Source: Perkinsela sp. CCAP 1560/9 | Taxonomy: Eukaryota; Protista; Euglenozoa: Kinetoplastea | Reading direction: 5' to 3' | Length of the DNA: 64,000 bases | Assembly: GCA_965644495.1 (NCBI GenBank) | Contig: CBFFSA010000004.1 | Span: 1-64,000, forward strand | Part shown: one piece after another, positions 1 to 12,415 of the stretch | How positions within the stretch are numbered: the first letter of the stretch is position 1 | How the letters are laid out: every line of letters starts with the position of its first letter | Made by a program: the position numbers and the translations under genes | Notes under the pieces: model-generated | What the model was told of the DNA's origin: nothing | Seen by the model: the letters and a program-made list of their open reading frames with translations, nothing else | The model's database searches: none

Positions 1-2063
1 ATGGCACTAAATAAAACGGATGGAAAAGCTTTCGAAAAATCTAGAAAACCAATGCACATCCCGTTTCCTCTTAATGCTTTTACTCGTGCTTCGTTGAGAA
101 TCGCCTGGGCTTGCATTGTCGAACGGTCAGGTCTGAACCCACATTGATTATGGCGAAGCACAGGCTCTACATACGGACGAATTCGTTGTAATATTAAACA
201 GTTCATAAGTTTAACAACACAATTTACTAAGCATATGGGCCTTCAATTCTTTAAAAGAGTCAAGTCACCTTTCTTCGGTATCGGAACTTGTAGGACGTCA
301 CCCCAAACTTCCGGAGCCAATCCCGTGTCGTAAACGCGGTTGATAATGCTGAGCAACCACTTTCTAAGATAATCATTATCAACGATGCACGCAAAAGCCT
401 CCATGGGGATTTCATCCTTTCCCGGTGCCTTACCCCTCCCAAAGTGTGAAATTCCGCTTCGAAGCTCTTCCTCAGTGAAAGGGGCGTCCTCAAGTGTGTT
501 TGTTGGAAGATTCGCCTCTAAGAATCTTATATTGTCGTCGCCCCCTGTGTCTCCAGCAAAAGCTTCAAAAAACGTTTTTATCTCCGCCAGCTTCTGTCTG
601 TTTGAGGCCCCCGGTATGTTGAAGTCTGCTCGATCAACTCCACATATTTCTTTTACTGCTCTCCATGGGCTGGCGTGATTTTTCTTCATCTTAGATTCTA
701 GGACTTCACAAGACCTAGTTATAGCATCCTCGATTGCTCCCCTGTTGTGTGATACTAGTTCATTAAAGTCCTTACGCCTTCTGCTTTGCATGAAAATGTT
801 GCGTAGATTATCTGGTTCAGCACCTTGCAATCCTTCAACAGGTGCCTGTATATCAAGAGATATTTTTGTGATTGGTTTCGGAATTTCCTTTCCCGAAGAT
901 CGAAGGCAAGAGGCAAGAAGATCCCAGGAAGGAAGATCTTCTGTATGCAGTTGCGCTGCGACCTGTTCACAAATTCTGTTGTTAAACTTCTCTGCATGTT
1001 CTGGGTTTGATAATTGAAACCAGTGTATTTTCGATCTTTTGATGTTGGACGATATCTTCCATTTGATTCGAATCTCTGCTCGCACAAGAAAGTGTACTGT
1101 CGGCGTAGGAGCGGCAAAAACTTGATGATGTCGCAGAGCTGATGCAAAGCGTGAGCACACTGCAATGTGATCCAACTGGCGTTTAGCATCATTAGGCAAT
1201 ATGCATGTCCATACTCGCTTGCTAGGGCATAAGGAGTGTCCTGATTTGCAATCTATCCCTTCCAAAATCCCCTTCAACCTTTCAACAACAAGTTCGTCTT
1301 CTTCTGTCGTTTTGCCGAAAGTGAGAGGTGCATTTAAGTCCCCAAGTAGAAGTGCGGGTCTTCGAGGGGCTTTGCCTACTGCTTCGTGAAACGCGTTTGT
1401 CAAAGAAATATCAAACTCTTGTTTGGCCTCCTCTGGGGAGTCACGCGTCGGCCCATATGCGTTGAGCATAAAGGCTGACCCTCCTTCGATGTTGAACTCG
1501 CCGGCAATTATCCTATCATTTACTTTCCACGCCTTTATTGGCTCTTGCGTGATGAACCCCATACCGTTATACCCTTTCACTGCAGACATAAGGTAGATGA
1601 AAAAGATTTTATTCCCGTGTCGAAGCTTGCGCTTTAAAATATCAAATCCTTCGCCAGAAGTAAAAGTAAACCTTGTCTCCTGGAGAGCCAGTATATGCAA
1701 GTTGGTTTGTGCCATGTATCGCACAATCTCGTGCAATCGAGCAGAAGCTTTCAGTTTGAAAACGTCGTCACCTTCAAGTTTCAATGATGTCGTATTAAGA
1801 GTGCCTACAGCCAGATACTTCTTCACAGCAGACCCTTTCGGGTCGTCGTCGCGTAGGGCATGCTTGCCACACAGTACCCTAGTTTTCCGTGCTTTTCTAC
1901 GGTTGTTCGAACGCCCAGGTTTTCGAATGCGTGCTCCGCATAACACGATTCGCGAATCATACGGCGGAAAGGGAAGCGTTTCCGATCGCTGGGGTACTTT
2001 ACCCGCCAGCGACCTAGCTGAAAGAGGAAACCAGGCCCTCGTTGAGTTACAGTGCCCTTCCAA
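1..2063 (-). mobile_element. Non-LTR retrotransposon (APE endonuclease + RT, ingi/RTE-like), 5' part, with one in-frame stop; continues beyond window start
   Basis: ORF 243..2063 has APE motifs GTLN, LALQET, NAYGP, LGDLNA, QLDHI and RT domain 0 (KAPGKDEIP, PIPKKGD). After TGA at 243-245 the frame continues RPICL..QCGFRP..FLDFSKAF. Confidence 0.92.
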
Positions 2064-2154
2064 ATCCGAAACTCCGCACTGCTCGCGTATCTCCAGGAGA
2101 GTGCGATTTGTAACCTGGGCGAATAATTTTACTAATGCTCATCACTGCAAGGGA

Positions 2155-2262
2155 GCGAAGTTTAGCATGCCCGTCTGACCCCAACATCGGGTCAAACAGA
2201 GCACCCCGACCTAACGTGGACCTAAACAGAAGGTTAATAATTCCTAGCTGTGCAGGCCCGGG
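2155..2262 (-). ncRNA. Candidate degenerate HDV-like ribozyme in LINE 5' UTR
   Basis: Minus strand: CCCGGGCCUG can pair with UAGGUCGGG (P1-like), UCCACGU is L3-like, followed by a ~14-bp stem (2168-2203) and GCUAA (J4/2-like). P3 is defective. Confidence 0.35.
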
Positions 2263-2325
2263 CGCCTCCGCCATATTTTTGAAAATGTTCAAAAAAACAA
2301 AGGTTTAGTTAAACCCGTTGTTTTG

Positions 2326-3140
2326 AGCTAATTAACGGTATGATTTTAAATCGTATTCGGCCCTCGACCGAGCGAATTCTACGCGAAAATCAATATGGTT
2401 TCCGCCCGGAGAGGTCCACCTGTGGAGCCCAAATTATTCTCAACGAAATCCTCACGAAATCAAGACGGAACCGAAGTCATGAAAATGTCATGATTGCTTT
2501 CATCGACTTCGCGAGTGCCTTTCCATCGCTTTCACACTCATCTATCAGGGCAGCGTTACATTCGTTCCACGTAGGACATCGAATGACAACCCTTGCAATG
2601 TCGGCCTACGAGGGTTTAGAGGATGGGTTTAGATTGTACGTACCCCGTTTGGGAAAACCAGCTCCTTTCCTATTACCTCGGGTATTTTGCAAGGGGATGC
2701 ACTGGCTCCGTATTTATTTATCATGGTTCTCGATCGCATCCTTCACGCGGCATTGAAACATAAAGATGATGGACTAACGCTGAGCTCCACCGGAACCAGA
2801 AAACGTGGATATAAATCAATACGAGTGACTGATATTGATTGCGCTGATGATTCGATCCTGTTTTCCGACTCCAAACGTTCATTAGAAAGGATGGTTGACA
2901 GCGTCGCTGCTGAAGCATCCAAAGCTAATTTGAGTATAGCCGCTGGTGTCAACAAAACGGCATGGAACAAAACAGCATGGCCAATATGGCTTGTCAACGT
3001 TATCCTCAAGCTAATTAACGGTATGATTTTAAATCGTATTCGGCCCTCGACCGAGCGAGTTCTACGCGAAAATCAATATGGTTTCCCCGCCCGGAGAGGT
3101 CCACCTGAGGAGCCCAAATTATTCTCAACGAAATCCTTAA
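2326..3140 (+). pseudogene. Frameshifted LINE RT fragment with ~135-bp internal direct repeat
   Basis: Motifs QYGFRP, FIDFASAF, QGDALAPYLF and DCADD (YADD-like). 2326-2460 is repeated at 3009-3140. Confidence 0.88.
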
Positions 3141-3164
3141 GAAATCATCGCAAAAAAAAAAATC

Positions 3165-3372
3165 CGAATCATTCCGGATTGCTCCGGATGGTCACTGGCA
3201 AGCCAGGCCCTTCACAGACAGATTTGGAAGTTCCGAAGCCGACGTCCTCTACCAGTTTCCGCTTTTCCAAGGCGGCACCAACATGCTGTTGCCAACACGC
3301 TGCGTCGACGAACTGTACGTCAACACGGCTCACCCAAGAGGTGTAAGCCGGGTAGGGGGGCTGGTTCCCTGA
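3165..3372 (+). pseudogene. C-terminal fragment of an unidentified repeated ORF (copy 1 of 3)
   Basis: Translates SEADVLYQF..LPTRCVDELYVNTAHPRGVSRVGGLVP*. Homologous to 45936-46110(-) and ~53290-53410(-). Confidence 0.6.
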
Positions 3373-3414
3373 TGCATACTAAGCGGCACTTGATAATGCA
3401 TATAGCACATTGAT

Positions 3415-3654
3415 TGCGAGGAGATGGCGCTGGTGAGGGGCATGGGGTTCCACCCTCCGGCCTTCTCCACGTACAGGGTCCCGGGCCCAGAAACCTTGAC
3501 CTTCCTCAACAAGGTGGCCCGGGCCCACTCATCGGACAAGAATGGGTTTCTCGCCCATCTCTTAATGGCCATCGGGGTGGCCATCCAGAGAGGGAATGCC
3601 CAGATTGCGCAGGCGGCGGTACAGGACTGGTACCGCCGCGGGGTTCTGGGGTAG
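3415..3654 (+). mobile_element. 3' fragment of CRE/SLACS-like RLE retrotransposon
   Basis: PAFSTYRVPGPETLTFL..MAIGVAIQRGNAQIA..WYRRGV is near-identical to the C-terminus of ORF 33040..33870. Confidence 0.85.
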
Positions 3655-3714
3655 GACCAGGGAGGGGGGGTAGGCTTCCGGTGGGCCTAGGGGGGTTAAC
3701 ATATCCTACTTAAA

Positions 3715-5296
3715 ATACGTTTTAGGAGTCGATTTTGGAAAAATAATATTTTTACTTGTTTTTGGGTCAAAGAAAAAAATTTTTGGTCAACCCAAAAATT
3801 TCAGAAAATTTGACCTTGTCGGACCCTTCCTGCGCGTACCAAGGGGGGGATGGAAAATTATCGACGCGATATACAGTGAAGTATTACACGAAAGAGCCTA
3901 AAAAACAAAAATTGGCTTCGAAAACAGGAGAAACCGGAAGGATTGGAGCCAAAAAAAGCCGATTTTCAGGTAAAAATGGGGTCAATTTTAGCTATTTTCG
4001 CTCTCAGAGCACTAAATCAGACATTTGCGCTTGGGAAATTACTCTTAGGCATGAATGAAAGCCTACCGAACGTATTGGGTGGAGAATACGACTCCAACCA
4101 TACCATTCTTTCGACACTAAAATGACCCTTGGGGTCCGAAAAATACTTTTTCACCTTTTTTAGTCAAAAATGGGTCATTTGGAGGGGCGCACCACGGTTC
4201 GAAGAAGGGATACCTTGCGAAAACAACTGCGGAGAAAGCTAGTGTAGGTCCCAAACTATCAAAATGCAATAGGGGAAACGATTTTGGAAAAATATTTTTT
4301 TTGCCATTTTTTTAGCTAAGTTGAAATGTTTTTCAAAAATGTTTTCCGAACTTGGCGGACCCGTCCTGCGGATACGCGAGGGGGTCACCACCGGGTAGGG
4401 GGATATAAAATGCGCGCCAAGACCCCGGCTATCCCTTCTGCGGTTTTTTTTCGAAAACTAATTTTCTCGAAAAAATTTGCTCGACCATGACCTCCCTAAT
4501 TTTCCCCCCCTGGACCCCCCTAATTTTTTCGAAAAAATTTGCTCCACCATGACCTCCCACTGGACCCCCCATTTTTATCATTTTTTTTTTTAAATTTTGG
4601 ACCACCGGAGCCCCCTTTTATATTTTTTTCCTTTATTATATTACTGTGTTCCTCTTTATATTTTCACTGTTCTTGTTCACTTTTTTTTCAATAATCGAGG
4701 GTAGAGCGGTAGTTATACAACCACCGCAGTACGAGTGGATTATATTGCGGTGGTTGTATAACTACCGCTCTACCCTCGATTATTGAAAAAAAAGTGAACA
4801 AAAACGGTGAAAATATAAAGAGGAACACAGTAATATAATAGAAGAAAAATTTATAGAAGGGGCTCCGGTGGTCAAAAAATTTTCCGGGGGGGGGTCCATG
4901 GGGGGGAGCATACCGCACGAAACTTTTTTGAAAAAATTATTTTTCGAAAAAAATCCGCAGAAAGGGTAGCCGGGGTCTTGGCGCGCATTTTCCACCCCCC
5001 AACCCGGGAGTGACCACCCCTCGCATGCGCAGGACGGGTCCGCCAAGTTTGGATTTTTTCGGATTTTTTTTTTGAAAAAAAATTCAAATTGGCGAAAAAA
5101 ATGGCAAAAAAAATATTTTTTCAAAATCCTTTTCCCTATTGTGTTTTTATAGTTTGGGCCCTATACTAGCTTTCTACACCGTTGTTTTCGCAAGATATCC
5201 ATTCTTCGAGCCGTGATACGCCCCTCAAAATGATACATTTTTGACTAAAAAAGGTGAAAAAGTATTTTTCATACCCCAAGGGGATTTTTTGTGTCG
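3715..5296. repeat. Two R1 repeat copies tail-to-tail (3715-4730 +, 4744-5296 -)
   Basis: The R1 terminus GAGCGGTAGTTATACAACCACCGC occurs in inverted orientation on both sides of a ~13-bp spacer. The arms are similar but not identical. Confidence 0.9.
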
Positions 5297-5319
5297 AAAG
5301 AATGGTTTTTGTGTCGAAA

Positions 5320-5635
5320 GATGACCTTGGTGAAAGTTCCATTTTGGCTTCTTGGGATGCCACTGGTATTCGAAGAGAAATGTGGGGGTATGAGCCATGG
5401 AGACGTCCATTGATCGACGATATCAAACAGAAAGCACAGTCTGGAAATCTTTTGGAAACCGTTGAAATTTCTGAAGACCCTCCAAGCGATAGTGACATTG
5501 AGGATATCTCCGATCAGCGTGATTCAAGACGAACAAGTCTTCCTTCCGGATCTTTCCCAATTCCATGGCGAAACTTTCCTCTCCTGCTTGTGAAGAACAT
5601 CGGAAGGCCCCGAAAAACAGTTCCTGTGGAAGAAA
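5320..5635 (+). pseudogene. pogo/Tc1-type transposase C-terminal remnant
   Basis: SILASWDATGI resembles the I-x-x-S-W/F-x-x-T-G-I motif that follows the DDE_1 domain, followed by an acidic tract. Confidence 0.5.
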
Positions 5636-6498
5636 TCCAGGCTAAACTGGTCGAGGGAGATACTAAAGGCACCTTTGGAAAACCACCTCGAAACTAGAAC
5701 GGTATCACCCGTTAAAGACCCTTTTGCCACATCAGAATGCTCTACAAACCGGGGGATACCGTTCCAGTTTCGAGGTGATTTCCCAAAGTGCCTTTAGCAT
5801 CTCCCTCGCCCACTTTAACCCGGATTACATAGCCATCCGAACATGCTCCCTATGGCGCTTTATAGCTTCCAACGCGAGGAAGTCGTCGTCGCTGCGGTAA
5901 AAAGACAGAAAGGCTACGCCTTCTGCCTTTTTGCCTTGCGCCTCCTCCTTCCTCTACGGCCTCGCGTGTCACACACTTCCGAGTAAAGTTTGGCCTTTGT
6001 AGGTATATTACCGGAACGTTGTGGAGAAATATCGAATGAAACCAAAGCGTATACACGTATATCAGGCCTCAAACTCTCAAAAAACGGTCTAGGAGTTGAT
6101 TTGGGAAAAATATATTTTTTGACTTTCACCCACAAGTTTTCAGTTTAATTTTTCAAAATTTCAAAAATTGCTATGATCACCCTGGTGGGGAGGTGGGGGG
6201 GGGCAGGGGATACCCATCGGAATTGTTGAAAAACTAGTGATCTCGTCACTCAATTCGATTCATACGTCTTTGTAATTTTTTTTTTCAAAAACTGACCTGA
6301 AACGATATCGGGCACGATATCGGGCCACAAATCGGGCACGAAATGGGGCACGAAATCGGGCAAGAACGGGCACGGCGAATTAACCTACGGTAGCGAGGGA
6401 GTAGTATCTCCATCAATATAAATATAATCCAGGCTAAAATCGGGCACGGCGAATCAACCTACGGTAGCGAGGGAGTAGTATCTCCCTCAATATAAATA

Positions 6499-6694
6499 TA
6501 ATCCAGGCTAAAGTGGACGAGGGAGATACTAAAGGCACCTTTGGAAAACCACCTCGAAACTGGAACGGTATCACCCGTTAAAGACCCTTTTGCCACATCA
6601 GAATGCTCTACAAACCGGGAGATACCGTTCCAGTTTCGAGGTGGTTTTCCAAAGGTGCCTTTAGTATCTCCCTTGCCCACTTTAGCCTGGATTA
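6499..6694. mobile_element. ~195-bp foldback MITE (also 5634-5827, 53798-53990; halves at 15742-15822, 40925-41047)
   Basis: ~78-bp inverted arms ATCCAGGCTAAAGTGGACGAGGGAGATACTAAAGGCACC.., flanked by TA. Confidence 0.88.
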
Positions 6695-6926
6695 CATAGC
6701 CATCCGAACATGCTCCCTATGGCGGAATTGTTGAAAAACTAGTGATCTCGTCACTCAATTCGATTCATATGTCTTTGTAAATATTTTTTTCGAAAACTCA
6801 CCTGAAACGAAATCGGGCCACAAATCGGGCACGACGAATTAAATCTACGGTAGCGAGGGAGTAGTATCTCCCCCAATAACTTTTTACCCGCCCAAGTCAT
6901 TTTATAAATGTTGGTATTTTCTTTTT

Positions 6927-7025
6927 TAGGCTCTTCGTTAAACGCGGTGGTTGTTTTCAACTTAGAAGTCACTCATGCTGCGCGCTTCGCGTTGAAAACT
7001 ACCGCCGCGTTTAACGAAGAGCCTA
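6927..7025. repeat. ~98-bp hairpin forming one end of R1. Also at 12676, 12819 (half), 14850, 16953, 31841, 34840, 48346, 56245, 57281; degenerate at 17369, 42713
   Basis: 35-bp arms TAGGCTCTTCGTTAAACGCGGTGGTTGTTTTCAAC / GTTGAAAACTACCGCCGCGTTTAACGAAGAGCCTA around a loop containing GCGCTTCGC. Confidence 0.95.
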
Positions 7026-7613
7026 AAAAAGAAAATTTAGCCTGGCAAACGGAAAGATTATAGCCAAAAATAGCCGAAATTCGGGTAAAAATGGGGTGAT
7101 TTTCGCGTAGTTTTGCTGTCAGAGCACTAAATCCGACATTTGCGCGTGGGAAATCACTCGTAGGCATGAATGGAAGCCTACCGAACGTATTGAGTAGAGA
7201 ATGCGACTCCAACCATACCATTCTTTCGACACTAAAATGACCCTTGGGGTCCGAAAAATACTTTTTCACCTTTTTAGTCAAAAATGGGTCATTTTGAGGG
7301 GCGCACCACGGTTAGAAGAAGGGATACCTTGCGAAAGCAACTGCGGAGAAAGCTAGTGTAGGTCTCAAACTATCAAAATACAATAGGGGAAACGATTTTA
7401 GAAAAATATTTTTTTTGTCATTTTTTTAGCTAAGTTGAATTTTTTTTCAAATTTTTTTTTCCGAAAAAATCCGAACTTGGCGGACCCGTCCTGCGGATAC
7501 GCGGGGGGGTCACCCCCGGGTAGGGGGGTGGAAAATGCGCGCCAAGACCCCGGCTACCCTTTCTGCGGCTTGTTTTCGAAAGCTAATGTTTTCGAAAAAA
7601 ATTGCTCGACCAT
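6927..7613 (+). repeat. R1 repeat copy, truncated at its junction with the Helitron ORF
   Basis: Same sequence as 31841-32525 up to GCTCGACCATGA. Confidence 0.9.
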
Positions 7614-7614
7614 G

Positions 7615-10600
7615 AAAAAAACGATACCCTTTTCGCCAGCAAAGCGAAAGGCATCACAAGGTCAGATCTACGCCTTATACAGGCGATACGGGCTGCCAAC
7701 TTACAGGATCGCAGTGGGTCCAAACAAGAACGATAAAAATCTAGCTCTAAGAATCATTACAAATGATGAGAGCGAAAAAATGCAGGAAATGCGGGCCAAC
7801 CTTTCGAACGGCAAATCCGTACTCTTCTTACCAAATTGTACGGAATGTCGAATGTAGATGAGGTAAAGAAGGAACGTGACGTTCTTGAAGGCCTCTTTGG
7901 TCGCCCTCGAGCATTTTTTGGTGTCGTAGAATGCCAGAAACGAGGTGCGCTACACTTTCATAGTGTACTATGGACGAATCTTAGTCCACACTACGTCTCC
8001 GAATTAATTCACATTGTGAAGGAGCACGATGGTCTCGCGAAGTCTTTGAGTACGACGATGCGCTCTGATCTGCACGAGTGGGCGCGAAGGATCAGTAAGG
8101 AGCTTTACGGCCCTGCAACGCTCGACTACTCAAAGATGTATCGCGGAGGACTACATATCATTCCTGATGAAGAGGATGATTATTTCAGGGAACATGTGGC
8201 CAAAAGTGCTGTTGATGTTCAGCAGCACGTTGGTCACAGACCCATGTTTTTAAAAATGAAAGGAAACATAAACAAGAACAAATACCGATATGGCATTCCA
8301 TCCGTACTTCATGAAAATGAAACGGAAGTTGGAGAGGTTGAGGTTCAGATGGATGAATCTGGACAACCGGAATTCCGGCTCAAGCCTCCAACACGGTCGA
8401 TTAAAAATGATGCCATTTGGTCAGTACTTGATGAACGGTCTCTGATTGTGCTTCTGCGCAATAACCATGACCCGACACAAGACACTAAACGGGAATCCAT
8501 CACCGTTCCGTACAATGAAACACTCACTGCTTGCGTAAGATGCAATACATGTGCAGTTTTCATTGGGAGCGAAGGCCCCGGCATAAAAATTATGCAGTAT
8601 CTCATAAAATATATGAGCAAGAACATTGGTCCACCTGTGTACATTGTACCAGCACTTCGCGCAGCCAATGACCACCTTCAAAGGGGTCTGAATTCAGAGC
8701 ACAGAGCGCAAACTGACATTCCGATGGCACGCTTAGTTTTACAGAAATTGTCGAACATGACACATCGAAAGATGGAAGTTTCAATCGAAATGGCAACTGT
8801 CTTTTGTCTCGGCCAACCCTCCGAGTACATGAGCCATAACTTCACATGGATCAATATGAACCGTGTAATGAAGTTCCTGGCAAACATCTCAAGTGAGTTA
8901 GATCACAGATATATAGAAATCAGTGACGATGATTCGTCACAAGACTCCTATATAGAGTTCGACAACGGTATCTTAGAGGCTCCTATAATGATCACCGAAC
9001 ATGATTGTGCAGTTATTGCACCGCTCCATGTGCGTTACATGCACAGGGGCGAAGATCTTCAAGACCTTGAACTGTATTCCTATGCAAGCATTGTCAGCGT
9101 AAAGAAGAAAAGAGCTGAGCTAGCTCAAGAAGAGCCCGATCATGATTCAGATTTTGAGTCAGGGACAAATCGAAGACGTCGTCGCGGACGTCGTGCTAAT
9201 GGGAGATACGCCTTTGAGGAAATTGAGGGCCTCCCGGAATTTGAGCCTGGATATATTGTTAAGCAACAGTTGCGCTCTTTGCACACTGTGCCAGCTATAC
9301 CAGGTTTTCCCATATTGAGTTCTTCAAAAGAACCTGGGACACGAGCTCGAAGCCAGCTTCGAGTAGGGAAACGCATGGTGGCATTGTTTTCCCCATGGAC
9401 GAAAGGCTCACCGAGCCATGAAATGACCCTAGAAGGGTTTGAAAAGCTTCTCAATGAAGCGAAAGTAAATACGCCTGGAAAGTATGACACAATGTGCAAC
9501 TTTCTTCGGCTTTTACATGCTTCTAAGAATACAGAGAACGCGGCAGATTTGTATAACGCAAAGATGCTTGCCATCTAGAAGAAGCAAGATTAGCACGCAA
9601 CATTGTGTACGAAAATGAGCTTGAAGTCCGAGAGGTTGAACCTCATCTTCAAGATGCTCTTGAAGCACAGCAGAACACTGCAGTGGTCAATGAAGAGCGA
9701 TTGGTTCAGCAGAATGCATACTGCGAACTACAAACGTGAACTTTAACGGCCGCGTTAGGAAGTTCTACTGAGAACTCCCCTGAAGAAAATGTTGATCTTG
9801 CATCGACGATGACAAGGACGAGGTCCAATATTTCAGTCATAAATGCGAGAGAGCGCTATGCTGAAATGATTCAAAACGAGCGACTTGCAACTTCGGCTCA
9901 ATCTGAGCCAAGTGCACCAATGGACAGAGCTCATTTTAATGAGGATCGTCCGCTGGCTCGCAGTAATACGACGAGATTACGTTCGATCGCAGCTACATAT
10001 TGCGCGAAGTCAACAGTTCCATTGAACTGAACTATGCACAGAAACAGTGCGTAAATCAAATTGAAAATTTACTAAACGGGAAACTAGACCGCGAGCGGAA
10101 ATGAATGTTTCTGCTCGGTGGCCCCGGAACCGGGAAAAGTCTAGCTTCCCGTTTTATAATGCAAGAACTGGGAAGCCAATGTATTACAATGGCGCCCACT
10201 GGGATCGCCGCATCAGTACTGCACTGTTTCACAATACACGCTTCCCTCTGCATACCGATAGGGGCTACTGCAAGAAATTTGAAACATCTTTCAAGCAGTA
10301 GGCTTCTAAAGGTATGAGAAATGTCGATTAATCATAGTCGACGAAGTGTCAATGATCAGCAAGTGTTTCCTTGCTTGTATCAACACTAGATTGCAGCAAA
10401 TCAAAGGCAATGAGCAGCTCCCCTATGGAGGCATCAACATGCTCTTTTTGGGAGATTTTTATCAGCTGCGACCAGTACAAGGAGCATCTCTTACCATAGA
10501 AGATAGTCCTCCTGGTAATAATCCCATTTTTGGGAATATTTTTCAAGTCTCGCATGTGTTTGAACTCAAACAGCAAATGCGAGCACGACAAGATACTGTA

Positions 10601-11380
10601 TTTTCAGATATCTTGCGTCTTGTTCGAAAAACTCCGAATGAGGGGTTGAAGTTCATCCAATTGGTAAAACCTCTGACCTCTGAGGACCAAGAAAAGTTCC
10701 GCAATGCAATTGTCATTGTTGGAACAAATATTGAACGACACAAGATTAATGTCGCAATGGCAAGAATTTTTGCCAGACGTCACAATTGCCCATTGTTTGC
10801 ATGGACAGGCGATAACGTCCAAGGTAAACTCATTGACACACACCCTGAAGCATTTTCTGTATTTGTAAAAGGAGCACCCGTTGTAATCACGGAGAACATT
10901 GCTCCTTATACATTGAAAATTGCGAATGGGACCGTGATTGAAATGAAAGATCTTGTGTCAGACGATTTGTCATACGACACTATTGATGGTGTTCGTTATC
11001 TAAGAAAAGCCCCTTCTTTTATGCAATGCATTGAGAAGGGGTCAGGAGTAGGGTTTTACGCCAAAAAGGCGCAGCACCATGACAAGACAACCCAAAGAAA
11101 CTTTTAAGTGGAATTGGGATTTGCCTATACGTATCACAAAGTACAAGGTATCACCGTGAAGAAAGGTGTTATTCTTGACTTGAATGATAGGACGTGGTTG
11201 AGGACTCGCCAAGCTCACAGTAGCAATATCCAGGGCACAATGCTTCGGTGATATTCGAGTGCTCCCTGGCATGGGCACAGATCGCCCAGGAACACACCTG
11301 AATTCAGGTTACCATAGGCCTAAATTTCCGGCCATGGAAAAAGCAAATCGGCTTACCGATTTGTCTTATCAATTCTAAGA
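7615..11380 (+). mobile_element. Decayed Helitron (Helitron2/Helentron-like) Rep-helicase
   Basis: Rep: IYALYRRYGLPT, HUH motif VECQKRGALHFH, Y2 motif YLIKYMSK. PIF1 helicase: GGPGTGKS, APTGIAA, IIVDEVSM, GDFYQLRPV, QQMRA, FAYTYHKVQG, VAISR. Broken by stops and frameshifts. Confidence 0.92.
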
Positions 11381-12049
11381 CATTAGAATGAAACCATCTT
11401 CTCAGGAAGACCTCTCCAGGGGGGAAGCACGCTTGATACCGGTCACAAGCCCGGCGTCTTCAGCTTTGGCAGAAGAAGTGTGACCCCAACGCTCACGTGG
11501 CCCCTACCAAAAAAAATGTCCCCATTAAGAAGTCTCCTTTAAAAGCACCTTCAAAAACAAACCATTACTTCAAAATTATCTGCCAGGAAGTAGAGCACCC
11601 CCCGCCCCAGCGGGTCTGCACCCACTCGAAGGGCCCGCGCAACGGGCCCTTCAAAAAAAAGATTTCAGAACCTTGCGTCCTTCAAAATTACCTACCACAA
11701 AGTAAAGCACCCCCCTCGCCAGCACCTCCTAGAAGGGTCCGAAACTAAAATTACGAAAAAGTACGAGCGATCCGAACGCTCACACGGCCGCTACGAAAAG
11801 AAGAGGTATCCATCCTGCTCTGTTAAAAATTCCCCGAAGCGAAGTAAATCACATCCCTGCGTCAGCGTGTCTCGAAGTTCAGTAGTATCTGATTCACTTT
11901 TTTATTCACCTTCATCTCTTTCACCATTCATCGCACCCACTTAGTATACCTACTCATTTAGTATACCTACTACGTATACTATCCTGGAACATGGTTTAAT
12001 ATCTGATTCACTTTTTTAATCACCTTATCTTTTTACCCTTCCTCCCTAT

Positions 12050-12415
12050 ATGTCTACTCTTCCGGAGAACGTCCTCACCGCAGAATGCGATACATCGCTG
12101 AAGATCAGTGATGTTAAGCGGAAGCGGGATGACTTGCACGAATCAGAGATGAACTTGAGTTCAGCTCTGGGCGAGCGTGACGAGCGCTCGATCACTGTGG
12201 AGCATGTTCCGGCGGAAATGACAAACAAAAATCTAAGTGAGTATTATGCCTTCTTTGGTGACGTAAAACTTGTCACAATAATTAGAAAGTTCAAACGTGC
12301 GTATGTCTGTTTTGCTACGACAGAACAAGCTAAACATGCATGCAGCACGTACCGCAAGAGCAAGGACAGCCAAAAAACACAGCCAAAAAAGCAGGTGAAG
12401 AAGATGAAGTTTTGA
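12050..12415 (+). CDS. Small RRM-domain protein (plus strand, possibly element-borne or a fragment)
   Basis: SITVEHVP (RNP2-like), FFGDV and RAYVCFAT (RNP1-like). Confidence 0.6.
   Translation: MSTLPENVLTAECDTSLKISDVKRKRDDLHESEMNLSSALGERDERSITVEHVPAEMTNKNLSEYYAFFGDVKLVTIIRKFKRAYVCFATTEQAKHACSTYRKSKDSQKTQPKKQVKKMKF

Noticed and set aside
243-11107. Stop-codon reassignment (TGA where W/Y is expected in N*RPI; in-frame stops in the Helitron)
   Set aside because: Host genes are uninterrupted and EB1, UPF2 and PolI end in TGA. The stops occur only in decayed elements, which also have frameshifts.
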